From: a virus | Taxonomy: Duplodnaviria; Heunggongvirae; Uroviricota; Caudoviricetes | Direction: 5' to 3' (one strand) | Virus record (IMG/VR): IMGVR_UViG_2695420676_000007 | DNA: 5,842 nt | Part shown: one piece after another, positions 1 through 5,711 of the stretch | How positions within the stretch are numbered: position 1 is the first letter of the stretch | How the letters are laid out: each line of letters starts with the position of its first letter | Made by a program: the position numbers and the translations under genes | Notes under the pieces: generated by a model | The model's database searches: none | Seen by the model: the letters and a program-made list of their open reading frames with translations, nothing else | What the model was told of the DNA's origin: nothing

Positions 1-63
1 CTTGTGACCAGTAAGCATGAGCGAATGGCTGGCAGGTGCTACCAACACCCACCAGCCGCCCAT
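1..63 (-). CDS. Partial ORF, N-terminal fragment running off the window start (MGGWWVLVAPASHSLMLTGHK...); function unknown
   Basis: ATG at 63..61 on the minus strand, 20 bp downstream of the stop of the 84..278 gene; frame stays open to position 1. Only 21 codons visible and no clear Shine-Dalgarno, so the frame choice is uncertain. Confidence 0.2.
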   Translation of the reverse strand, partial: MGGWWVLVAPASHSLMLTGHK

Positions 64-83
64 TTTCACAAATTAAAAGTCCT

Positions 84-278
84 TCATAGCTGAAGGCGTC
101 TGTAACAGCCGAACTGGTAATCTGCCAGCCCCGCCATAACCAACTGGGTCAGTATTAACTGACAGCGTTCGCGTGAAAGATATGTGTTTTGTGCAATCTC
201 CCCGACTGTTGCCGGTTCGATGCTTAATTCATTAAAAACAACTTTCGCCGTTTCTGTCATATCTTGCTGTTTTAGCAT
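84..278 (-). CDS. Small hypothetical protein with a winged-helix/HTH-like core (TVGEIAQNTYLSRERCQLILTQL); putative DNA-binding protein
   Basis: Six-frame ORF 84..302. I prefer the internal ATG at 278..276 because it is preceded by AGAAGGAAAAAAGAC (AAGGA Shine-Dalgarno, about 8 nt spacing), whereas the ATG at 302 has no good RBS. The sequence resembles the N-terminal half of the 5221..5709 protein (P-x-T-x-G-[DE]-I-A ... [YL]-S-R-[QE]-R), suggesting paralogous wHTH domains. No family assignment possible without a search. Confidence 0.5.
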   Translation of the reverse strand: MLKQQDMTETAKVVFNELSIEPATVGEIAQNTYLSRERCQLILTQLVMAGLADYQFGCYRRLQL

Positions 279-360
279 GTCTTTTTTCCTTCTGGTTAAC
301 ATGACATACCAATAACTCTTGTCTAAAAAGCCAGCAAGATAAAAAGTCAGTATTCACGAC

Positions 361-400
361 CACCAGCGTGTTTACCGTACTGCACCAGGTTTACAGGTAC
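361..400. repeat. Tandem imperfect direct repeat, two copies of about 19 bp (CACCAG-cgt-GTTTACcGTAC / CACCAG-GTTTACaGGTAC)
   Basis: Copy 1 at 361..380 and copy 2 at 383..400 read directly from the sequence. It sits immediately next to the terminator hairpin and upstream of the 84..278 gene. Confidence 0.4.
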
Positions 401-426
401 AAAAAAACCCGCTCGACGGCGGGTTT
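401..426 (-). terminator. Rho-independent terminator, minus-strand orientation
   Basis: Perfect 8-bp stem (AAACCCGC / GCGGGTTT, 5 GC pairs) with a 6-nt loop. On the minus strand the hairpin is followed by a run of 7 T (401..407 are A on the + strand); on the + strand only TTT then AAG follows, so it is oriented for minus-strand transcripts. Confidence 0.7.
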
Positions 427-611
427 AAGTTGTGTGGCGAAGTAACCACTCTTGAGAGCATATCTGATTATTTACGATTGTAAATAATATATTCCCCCCA
501 ATAATTAGATTGAGAAAACATTACCATATTGATAATAAGGCAATTGACATAATTATAAAAATCATTCTTGGTTGATTTTAAAACAACAAATGCACGATAT
601 TTACCCAATCA

Positions 612-640
612 TTGATGAATACATCTCTAAATGTTATAAA
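612..640 (+). promoter_or_regulatory. Candidate sigma70 promoter for the 691..1962 gene
   Basis: -35 TTGATG (612..617), 17-bp spacer, extended -10 TGtTATAAA (632..640); AGGA Shine-Dalgarno at 677..680 before the ATG at 691. AT-rich context gives many promoter-like hexamers, so this is a prediction only. Confidence 0.4.
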
Positions 641-690
641 TTTATTGTTTTTCTAAAGATAACTCTCATTCATATCAGGAAAGATAAAAA

Positions 691-1962
691 ATGTCAGACA
701 TAAAAAATATACTAAAATGCATGTACTTTGATAAAAATAGATACTCAAACTTTGGCTCCGTAATTAAAAGTCTAGAGATAAATGGATTTCGAGGAATAAA
801 AAAACTAACATTAAATATAAATTTTCCGGTAACTGCAATATCAGGGCTAAACGGCGCTGGGAAAAGCACTCTTGGGCAGTTAGCAATATGCGCATATAAA
901 AAACCAGTTACAGCCCGTGAATATAAGAGATTATATATTAAAGATTTTTTCCCTGTATCTAAAGCCGATCCAGCCCCTTTCGATAATGACGCCAGTGTCA
1001 TTTATAAATATGAAACAAATGATTCAACGAAAACACAAGATGTGACTGTCACTCGCATAAAGTCTTCTTGGTCTGGATATAAAAGACAACCAGAAAGACA
1101 CTGTTTTTACATTGGTTTTACTGTCTATATTCCAAAAGTAGAACGTAGAGATATAAGTGTTTATGGCGGTAAAGACTTTGATTTAACAGAGAGAAGAAGC
1201 GTCGACCATTCAGTAATATTGAAGATGGCAAAAATAATAGGTCATCCATATGATGATATCGCATTCCAAGGAATTTCTCATAGAGCACGTCGTTCAGAAA
1301 TTGGTATTGTTGAAAGACTTGGGTATTCTTATTCTGAAAATAACATGGGGTTTGGCGAAGGAAGAGTTCTTTATACGGTTGATATGCTTGAAACAGCTCC
1401 AGAGCAAAGTCTTTTCGTACTAGAAGAACCAGAAACATCTCTTCATGAAAGCGCACAGTATGAATTTGCAAAATATTTAATGGAAGTATGTCAACGTAGA
1501 AAACATCAAATAATATTATCAACACACTCAAGTGTGATATTAAATGCTTTACCTCCTGATGCACGAAAATTACTTATTAGAGATCAGACTGGTGTCTATA
1601 TCAAAGATGGAATTTCAACAACTCATGTGAGATCAATACTGTCTGATGGGCAGTTTAAAGGGCTGCATATTTGCGTAGAAGACCAGTTTGCAAAAGTTTT
1701 ACTTAGTGAAGTAATTAGAGCAAAGCGGAGAGACATTCTTAAATCCATTCAAATCACTGATATTGGAGATAAAGATGCAGTCCGACAAGCAGTCGAGGTA
1801 TTCAAGAAAGCAGGCCTTAATGTTATTGCCGTAAGAGATGCAGATGTTGGAGAAAACATTAAAGATGATTTATTTTCTTTCCCTGGCAATAGGCCACCAG
1901 AAGTAGAAGTATTTCAACATGAGGAAGTAAAAAAAATTCCTCTACAAGGAGTATCATATTGA
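691..1962 (+). CDS. ABC-type P-loop ATPase (AAA_21/OLD-like) fused to a short C-terminal TOPRIM-like domain; candidate anti-phage defence or exclusion protein; 3' end apparently frameshifted
   Basis: 423-aa ORF with Walker A GLNGAGKST (aa 52-60, nt 844..870), Walker B LFVLEEPETSLH (aa 241-252, Asp replaced by Glu at 245) and H-loop ILSTHS (aa 275-280). The C-terminal region (aa ~320-390) has ICVED (E330) and VRDADVGEN (D383-x-D385), reminiscent of the TOPRIM Glu...DxD signature of OLD/DUF4435 nucleases. It lies on the strand opposite to all flanking prophage genes, in markedly AT-rich DNA with its own promoter and RBS. Confidence 0.85.
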   Translation: MSDIKNILKCMYFDKNRYSNFGSVIKSLEINGFRGIKKLTLNINFPVTAISGLNGAGKSTLGQLAICAYKKPVTAREYKRLYIKDFFPVSKADPAPFDNDASVIYKYETNDSTKTQDVTVTRIKSSWSGYKRQPERHCFYIGFTVYIPKVERRDISVYGGKDFDLTERRSVDHSVILKMAKIIGHPYDDIAFQGISHRARRSEIGIVERLGYSYSENNMGFGEGRVLYTVDMLETAPEQSLFVLEEPETSLHESAQYEFAKYLMEVCQRRKHQIILSTHSSVILNALPPDARKLLIRDQTGVYIKDGISTTHVRSILSDGQFKGLHICVEDQFAKVLLSEVIRAKRRDILKSIQITDIGDKDAVRQAVEVFKKAGLNVIAVRDADVGENIKDDLFSFPGNRPPEVEVFQHEEVKKIPLQGVSY

Positions 1963-2143
1963 TTTTGATTGGTTAATAAAAAAGGAAGGGATTAGTGATC
2001 ATCACAATTACACTCAAGCAATTGCTAAAGAAGCAGAATGTGAGGAGGAAGTAATTAGAACTTTAGCAATAAAAAAATATATTGAAATTATTGATGAGAA
2101 ATTTGACCCACTTATTACAAATATAGTAAGCAAAATAAAATAA
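1931..2143 (+). other. +1-frame open continuation of the ATPase gene (KKFLYKEYHIDFDWLIKKEGISDHHNYTQAIAKEAECEEEVIRTLAIKKYIEIIDEKFDPLITNIVSKIK*)
   Basis: The +1 frame is open from just after a TAA at 1928..1930 through to TAA at 2141..2143 (71 codons, no ATG). It begins inside the A8 run at 1929..1936, 30 nt before the annotated stop. An open frame of this length in roughly 30-35% GC DNA is unlikely by chance. Confidence 0.5.
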
Positions 2144-2153
2144 CAAACCAGCA

Positions 2154-2188
2154 GGCGCTAATTACTAAAAACCTTGTACATTAGCGCC
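2154..2188. repeat. Perfect 9-bp inverted repeat (GGCGCTAAT-N17-ATTAGCGCC) between the convergent ATPase and Q genes; possible terminator or operator
   Basis: Arms at 2154..2162 and 2180..2188 are exact reverse complements. On the minus strand a T-rich tract (TTTGTTATTTTATTTT) follows after a 6-nt gap; on the + strand no T-run follows. It lies 11 nt after the extended-frame stop at 2143. Confidence 0.45.
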
Positions 2189-2315
2189 ACCCTCAAATAA
2201 ATCAGTGGTTATTAAATCCCCACAAAAACATTAATATAAAGCACAAACAGTCCACCCTCCTTAATTTCATGCTAACAATACAAATTAAAAATCCAGATAC
2301 TCATAAAATATCTTT

Positions 2316-2687
2316 CTAGATATTTGAGTCCATTTCCAATTCTATTTCTAACATTATCAACATACCTTCAATGATGCCTTCTGCCTTTTGCAATAAGCGC
2401 CCAACCCAGCAATCAGAACGCCCATGTTTACGGGCAAGCGCCATAAACGTCATACCACCTACATAATAATCTACTAATAAATCGTGCAAATCGCTGTTGT
2501 TCTTTTTCAGACGGGCCATGCACCCGCAAATGATCATCGCGTCATCGTCACAACATTGCGGGCGGGATTTTACTTTTGAAGGAAGTAATCCCTTAAAACC
2601 GGCAGCAATGGACGACCAGGTCACATCCTCATGATTATTAGCCGCCCATGCCCCCCAACGTTCAAGAACCATTTGAATATCACGCAT
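2316..2687 (-). CDS. quuD: Late-gene antitermination protein Q (short QuuD/phage-82-type Q)
   Basis: The translation from the ATG at 2687 ([62 protein letters not shown]...) matches my recollection of the DLP12 QuuD antiterminator family, including the Cys-rich zinc motif. The six-frame start at 2702 is a TTG; the ATG at 2687 is preceded by GGAGGA with 6-nt spacing. Stop TAG at 2316..2318. Confidence 0.85.
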   Translation of the reverse strand: MRDIQMVLERWGAWAANNHEDVTWSSIAAGFKGLLPSKVKSRPQCCDDDAMIICGCMARLKKNNSDLHDLLVDYYVGGMTFMALARKHGRSDCWVGRLLQKAEGIIEGMLIMLEIELEMDSNI

Positions 2688-2704
2688 CAACTTCCTCCAC
2701 AAAA

Positions 2705-3385
2705 TCAGGCCAGCACGCCTATTGCCAGCGCACGATCGATAAAACGAAATATCAGCTCCAACTGGGAGCCATACTTCTCTTCAAATGCCACGGTATCCGC
2801 ATGCAGCTCGTCGTGATGCTTTCTGCACAAAGGCAACACAAAGAGGTCATGCGCTTTTGTACCCATTCCACCCTGACCGTGGCCTATCAGGTGGTGGGGA
2901 TCATCAGCAGGCTTTCCACAACATGCACACGGCTGTGTCTTAACCCAGCGCGTGTACTTTTCGTTAACCCAGCGGCGACGTTTTGGGCGTAACATAAAAG
3001 ACTCCGGCGACTCCGGATCCACTTTCAGCGCCAGCACCTTTTTCACTTTATCCTGGATGATGCTGGTGGCAGGAACCGAAGGAACAAGGTCACTTTCCCG
3101 GGTGACAGACGGCACAACAGGCTTCGGTAATCTCAGTGCCTTACGGGCTGCACTTTCCGGCAAGGCACCCGCCAGGTCATTACGAACCAGCCACCAGCAC
3201 AGTTCCGGCATTGTCACAACGTGACTGTCATCAAAACCGAGATCCCGACGCACAACAGACAACACCCAGCGGGCACAGTTATCCGTTGCCATTGATTCCA
3301 GCCGTTCCGTGAACTGATCGCGCAGCTGGTTATCGCAGTGCCAGCACAGACGGATTGCGCCCGGAGCGTGTCGCATTGTGGTCAT
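2705..3385 (-). CDS. DUF968-like (YdfU-like) Cys/His-rich phage protein; putative zinc-binding nuclease-like protein of the nin region
   Basis: 226-aa ORF with motif [44 protein letters not shown], which I recall as typical of DUF968 proteins found just upstream of Q in E. coli prophages. The ATG at 3385 overlaps the stop of the upstream ORF (ATGA). Family name from memory, not verified. Confidence 0.7.
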   Translation of the reverse strand: MTTMRHAPGAIRLCWHCDNQLRDQFTERLESMATDNCARWVLSVVRRDLGFDDSHVVTMPELCWWLVRNDLAGALPESAARKALRLPKPVVPSVTRESDLVPSVPATSIIQDKVKKVLALKVDPESPESFMLRPKRRRWVNEKYTRWVKTQPCACCGKPADDPHHLIGHGQGGMGTKAHDLFVLPLCRKHHDELHADTVAFEEKYGSQLELIFRFIDRALAIGVLA

Positions 3386-3690
3386 GTTCTCGCTGTGCCA
3401 GTCGGAATGAGGCCACTGGCAGCCAGTAACCAGCTTTCAAGACATTCCACGCCACCAGCACGACGGATCACTGCCTCATTGCGGAACACGGCCCGAACGG
3501 CAGGATCATCCGCCAGCGGTTGTGATGCCGCCGGAACGGCGCCACTGGCGAAAGATGAATAACTTTCCGGCTCAGGCTCCAGCAGGACACGCCCCTGCAT
3601 AAACAGGGGCATCAGCTCTGAACCAGGCCTGAACAATACGATCCCCATACGCGGGGCAATTTCAGGGGTCAGTAGTGCTCTCACGGTCAC
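3382..3690 (-). CDS. Hypothetical protein (about 100 aa or shorter); start codon uncertain
   Basis: ORF exactly filling the gap between the KilA-N gene stop (3692..3694) and the DUF968 gene start, with an ATGA stop/start overlap at 3382..3385. The first codon at 3690 is GTG with no clear Shine-Dalgarno; internal ATGs exist. It could be a separate gene or the detached N-terminal part of the downstream protein. Confidence 0.4.
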   Translation of the reverse strand: MTVRALLTPEIAPRMGIVLFRPGSELMPLFMQGRVLLEPEPESYSSFASGAVPAASQPLADDPAVRAVFRNEAVIRRAGGVECLESWLLAASGLIPTGTART

Positions 3691-3691
3691 C

Positions 3692-4489
3692 TCAATGAAC
3701 GGTATCGAGCAGCTTTAACAGCTCAGTGAATCGGGATTCGAAGAAATGCGGCTGCGTCTCGCGCGGATTTGCAGGACTGGTGATGTTCTTGCCGAACATG
3801 CAGCCTTTCGCCGTCAGCGACCAGAATTTTTTGATGTTGTTAATCGCTGTACGGCTGTATCGTTCGCGCTGTTCGACGATCCCCAGCTTCGCCATCTGGT
3901 GATATGCCTGATTAGCCGTCAGGCGGATACCATACTGCTTCAGCAGTGCACTCAGTGACAGCGTGGGGCGGCTTGAGCCATCAGGCGCGTCAGCAGGAGC
4001 ATCAATGGCATAACGCGGTGCCAGATTCGGTAAGCCAACAGCCTCCTGGAGTTTCTGACAGGCCCCAAGCACAGATGAGTTAGACAGATTTAACTCCCGG
4101 CGCATAAAGTCCAGCAGAATCACGCCAGCCTGCATCTTGTCAGCAGCCTGTCCGGATAACTTTTCCGGCGCGCTGGTTACCATATCGAAAGTACGGATCA
4201 CCTTCAGATGGAATGACGGGCTGATCCACATTGCATAGGCATACACCAGTTCCTTGCAGACATACGTTCCCTGGTTATTTCCACCTCGAATGACATTTAC
4301 TGGCGCTATATTGACCGAGTTGCAAATCTGCAACTCGCTTATTAAACGTTCAGTTTGCTCATTGCGGAGCCAGAATGCAGGCTTATGCTTATCCAGAGAA
4401 CCGGCAGCCCTGTGCAGATCGTTCAGGCTGTAACGACCATAAGCATCACGACGAACTTCAATACCATCAATAACCATCAGATTACTCAT
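3692..4489 (-). CDS. KilA-N domain protein with ANT/KilAC-like C-terminal region (Roi/antirepressor-like)
   Basis: N-terminus (LNDLHRAAGSLDKHKPAFWLRNEQTERLISEL ... VIRGGNNQGTYVCKELVYAYAMWISPSFHLKVIRTF) fits the KilA-N consensus; the C-terminal TLSLSALLKQYGIRLTANQAYHQMAKLGIVEQ resembles ANT/KilAC modules. ATG at 4489 is preceded by GAGGAG with 9-nt spacing. Confidence 0.85.
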   Translation of the reverse strand: MSNLMVIDGIEVRRDAYGRYSLNDLHRAAGSLDKHKPAFWLRNEQTERLISELQICNSVNIAPVNVIRGGNNQGTYVCKELVYAYAMWISPSFHLKVIRTFDMVTSAPEKLSGQAADKMQAGVILLDFMRRELNLSNSSVLGACQKLQEAVGLPNLAPRYAIDAPADAPDGSSRPTLSLSALLKQYGIRLTANQAYHQMAKLGIVEQRERYSRTAINNIKKFWSLTAKGCMFGKNITSPANPRETQPHFFESRFTELLKLLDTVH

Positions 4490-4508
4490 ACTTCGTTTCT
4501 CCTCTTAA

Positions 4509-4898
4509 TCAGGCGGCTGCACCCGCCGTTTTCTCGTACTTACTGATAGTGATTTCGACCTTCCCTTCCGGGATAACCGGCCCCCACTCCACCAGCATTC
4601 TTTTCACCTGGCTGTCGTCCACCCACACACCCGCGTGGGTCAGGGCGTCAAACAGCGCCTTGTTATAGTTGTCCAGATCGCGAAGCCGGTTATCCGGAGG
4701 AAACAACACGATCTCCACTGAAGCTGGTGCCGACGTTGGTTTCGGCAAACGACGTAACTGCTCAATGATGGCTGCACACGCTGCGCTCTGGAATTTTCGC
4801 CCCGCCGCGCTTATCAGGCTCTTACCTGCAAGCGCCCCTTTATTGGGGTGTCGCCAGTACGTGTTCACGCTGGGCGGAAAAGGCAGGATCAATTTCAT
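4509..4898 (-). CDS. rusA: RusA-family crossover junction endodeoxyribonuclease (Holliday junction resolvase)
   Basis: 129-aa protein with LPFPPSVNTYWRH near the N-terminus and the RLRDLDNYNKALFDALTHAGVWVDDSQV catalytic core, which align with E. coli RusA (LPWPPSNNRYYRH ... [28 protein letters not shown]). ATGA overlap with the upstream gene. Confidence 0.9.
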   Translation of the reverse strand: MKLILPFPPSVNTYWRHPNKGALAGKSLISAAGRKFQSAACAAIIEQLRRLPKPTSAPASVEIVLFPPDNRLRDLDNYNKALFDALTHAGVWVDDSQVKRMLVEWGPVIPEGKVEITISKYEKTAGAAA

Positions 4899-5221
4899 AC
4901 TTTCAGGCCCCTCTCATGTAACCAGTGGGCTGCACGCAGCCTGGCGTTTTCCTCACCGGCAAGCAGTGAGCGGATAATCCCGACCGCCTCGCTGTCGTCG
5001 TCCTTCACCGCGGTATGAAGAGTGATACCCCGGGCCACGCCACGCTTTATCGTGATGACGCCTTTTTTCTCCAGTGCGCGGAGGTGCTCCACAGCTGCAT
5101 TCACTGAACGGTATCCCAGCATGGTTGCCACCTCCTGATTGGTTGGCGGAAAGCCACGCTCTTTCTGATAAGAAATCAGCATATCCAGCACCTGCTGCTG
5201 GCATTGAGTTAACGTCGTCAT
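4895..5221 (-). CDS. LexA N-terminal DNA-binding-domain protein lacking the S24 peptidase domain
   Basis: MTTLTQCQQQVLDMLISYQKERGFPPTNQEVATMLGYRSVNAAVEHLRALEKKGVITIKRGVARGITL aligns closely with the LexA N-terminal wHTH ([65 protein letters not shown]). Only about 35 residues follow, so no protease domain. The six-frame start at 5254 is GTG; I prefer the ATG at 5221..5219, which overlaps the upstream stop (TAATG) and follows a GGGGG run. Confidence 0.75.
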   Translation of the reverse strand: MTTLTQCQQQVLDMLISYQKERGFPPTNQEVATMLGYRSVNAAVEHLRALEKKGVITIKRGVARGITLHTAVKDDDSEAVGIIRSLLAGEENARLRAAHWLHERGLKV

Positions 5222-5709
5222 TACGCCCCCACGTAATTCCCTGACAGATACCACTCTTCACCCGATGCAGCGCGCTTGCTGCTTTTCTGTAAGCACTGCT
5301 CACGACGCGCCAGAAAATTGTTTCGTTCTGGCTGGGAGTGGCTTTCACGGAATGCCGCCATCCACACGGTTGCAGCACGACGGTATAAGCCCCTTGACTC
5401 CAGTTCTTCAGCCTGGCGGGTCAGGCACAAAATCACCCGGGGCTCGTTAGTGCCGACATAGAAATTGCGCACAGGTCTGGTTTCACGAACTGGTTGTGGT
5501 TCCGGATCCTGCGCTCTCTCAGTCAGGCGCGGGAAATGTCTGTGTGTATCTCCTTCACAACGGTGAGCCACACGACCACTCTGACGTAACTTGCTTGCTG
5601 ACTGCAGAACGCGCTGCCGTGAGTAACCTGCAAAAGCATCCGCAATGTCTCCGGAAGTACACCCCGGATGGGCTTCAATGAATTTCTGAACTTCATTCAA
5701 AAGACTCAT
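5221..5709 (-). CDS. Putative transcriptional regulator: N-terminal wHTH-like region plus PerC/ANR-like C-terminal motif
   Basis: The C-terminal region AEELESRGLYRRAATVWMAAFRESHSQPERNNFLARREQCL matches what I recall of the PerC/Pch family motif (LE..GL[WY]RRAA..W), common in E. coli prophages. The six-frame start at 5715 is GTG; the ATG at 5709..5707 is preceded by AGGGGGTGA. Family assignment from memory, moderate confidence. Confidence 0.6.
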   Translation of the reverse strand: MSLLNEVQKFIEAHPGCTSGDIADAFAGYSRQRVLQSASKLRQSGRVAHRCEGDTHRHFPRLTERAQDPEPQPVRETRPVRNFYVGTNEPRVILCLTRQAEELESRGLYRRAATVWMAAFRESHSQPERNNFLARREQCLQKSSKRAASGEEWYLSGNYVGA

Positions 5710-5711
5710 GA

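Larger units (their letters stand above)
450..2310. other. AT-rich accessory block (moron-like insertion) between Q and the downstream minus-strand genes
   Basis: Hand counts on sampled 60-nt lines give about 25-37% G+C inside the block (48% across the P-loop codons) against about 53% in the flanking operon. It contains a single opposite-strand gene with its own promoter. Boundaries are approximate. Confidence 0.6.

Noticed and set aside
100-117. CTGT...ACAG-like sequence considered as a possible LexA/SOS box
   Set aside because: Does not fit the CTGT-N8-ACAG spacing or consensus; it lies inside the coding region of the 84..278 gene.
636-645. 10-bp palindrome ATAAATTTAT overlapping the predicted -10 of the ATPase promoter
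   Set aside because: Short, purely A/T palindromes are expected by chance in DNA of this composition; not enough to call an operator.
675-1001. 108-aa minus-strand ORF overlapping the 5' end of the ATPase gene
   Set aside because: Antisense to a well-supported gene with clear motifs; low-complexity F/I/L-rich translation typical of AT-rich antisense frames; no RBS.
1118-1564. 148-aa minus-strand ORF inside the ATPase gene
   Set aside because: Fully embedded antisense in the ATPase coding region; translation is leucine/phenylalanine-rich with no recognisable motif.
2189-2315. Attempt to place a Q-dependent late promoter (pR'-like) directly downstream of the Q stop codon
   Set aside because: No convincing -35/-10 pair or lambda-like motif found by eye in this interval; the more pR'/tR'-like arrangement is at 400..610 instead. 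Left as unresolved.
2631-3562. Plus-strand ORFs 2631..2816, 2648..2992, 2952..3224 and 3338..3562
   Set aside because: All overlap the minus-strand Q, DUF968-like and hypothetical genes, which have coupled starts and recognisable motifs; translations are Ser/Thr/Arg/Ala-rich, as expected for antisense frames of GC-rich coding DNA.
3746-4977. Plus-strand ORFs 3746..3958, 4355..4546 and 4669..4977
   Set aside because: Antisense to the KilA-N and RusA genes; no start context and no motifs.
4953-5378. 141-aa minus-strand ORF overlapping the LexA-like and PerC-like genes in another frame
   Set aside because: Out of frame with two better-supported coupled genes; Arg/Gly-rich translation typical of an alternative frame.
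5265-5681. Plus-strand ORFs 5265..5450, 5276..5461 and 5496..5681
   Set aside because: Antisense to the PerC-like gene; no supporting signals.
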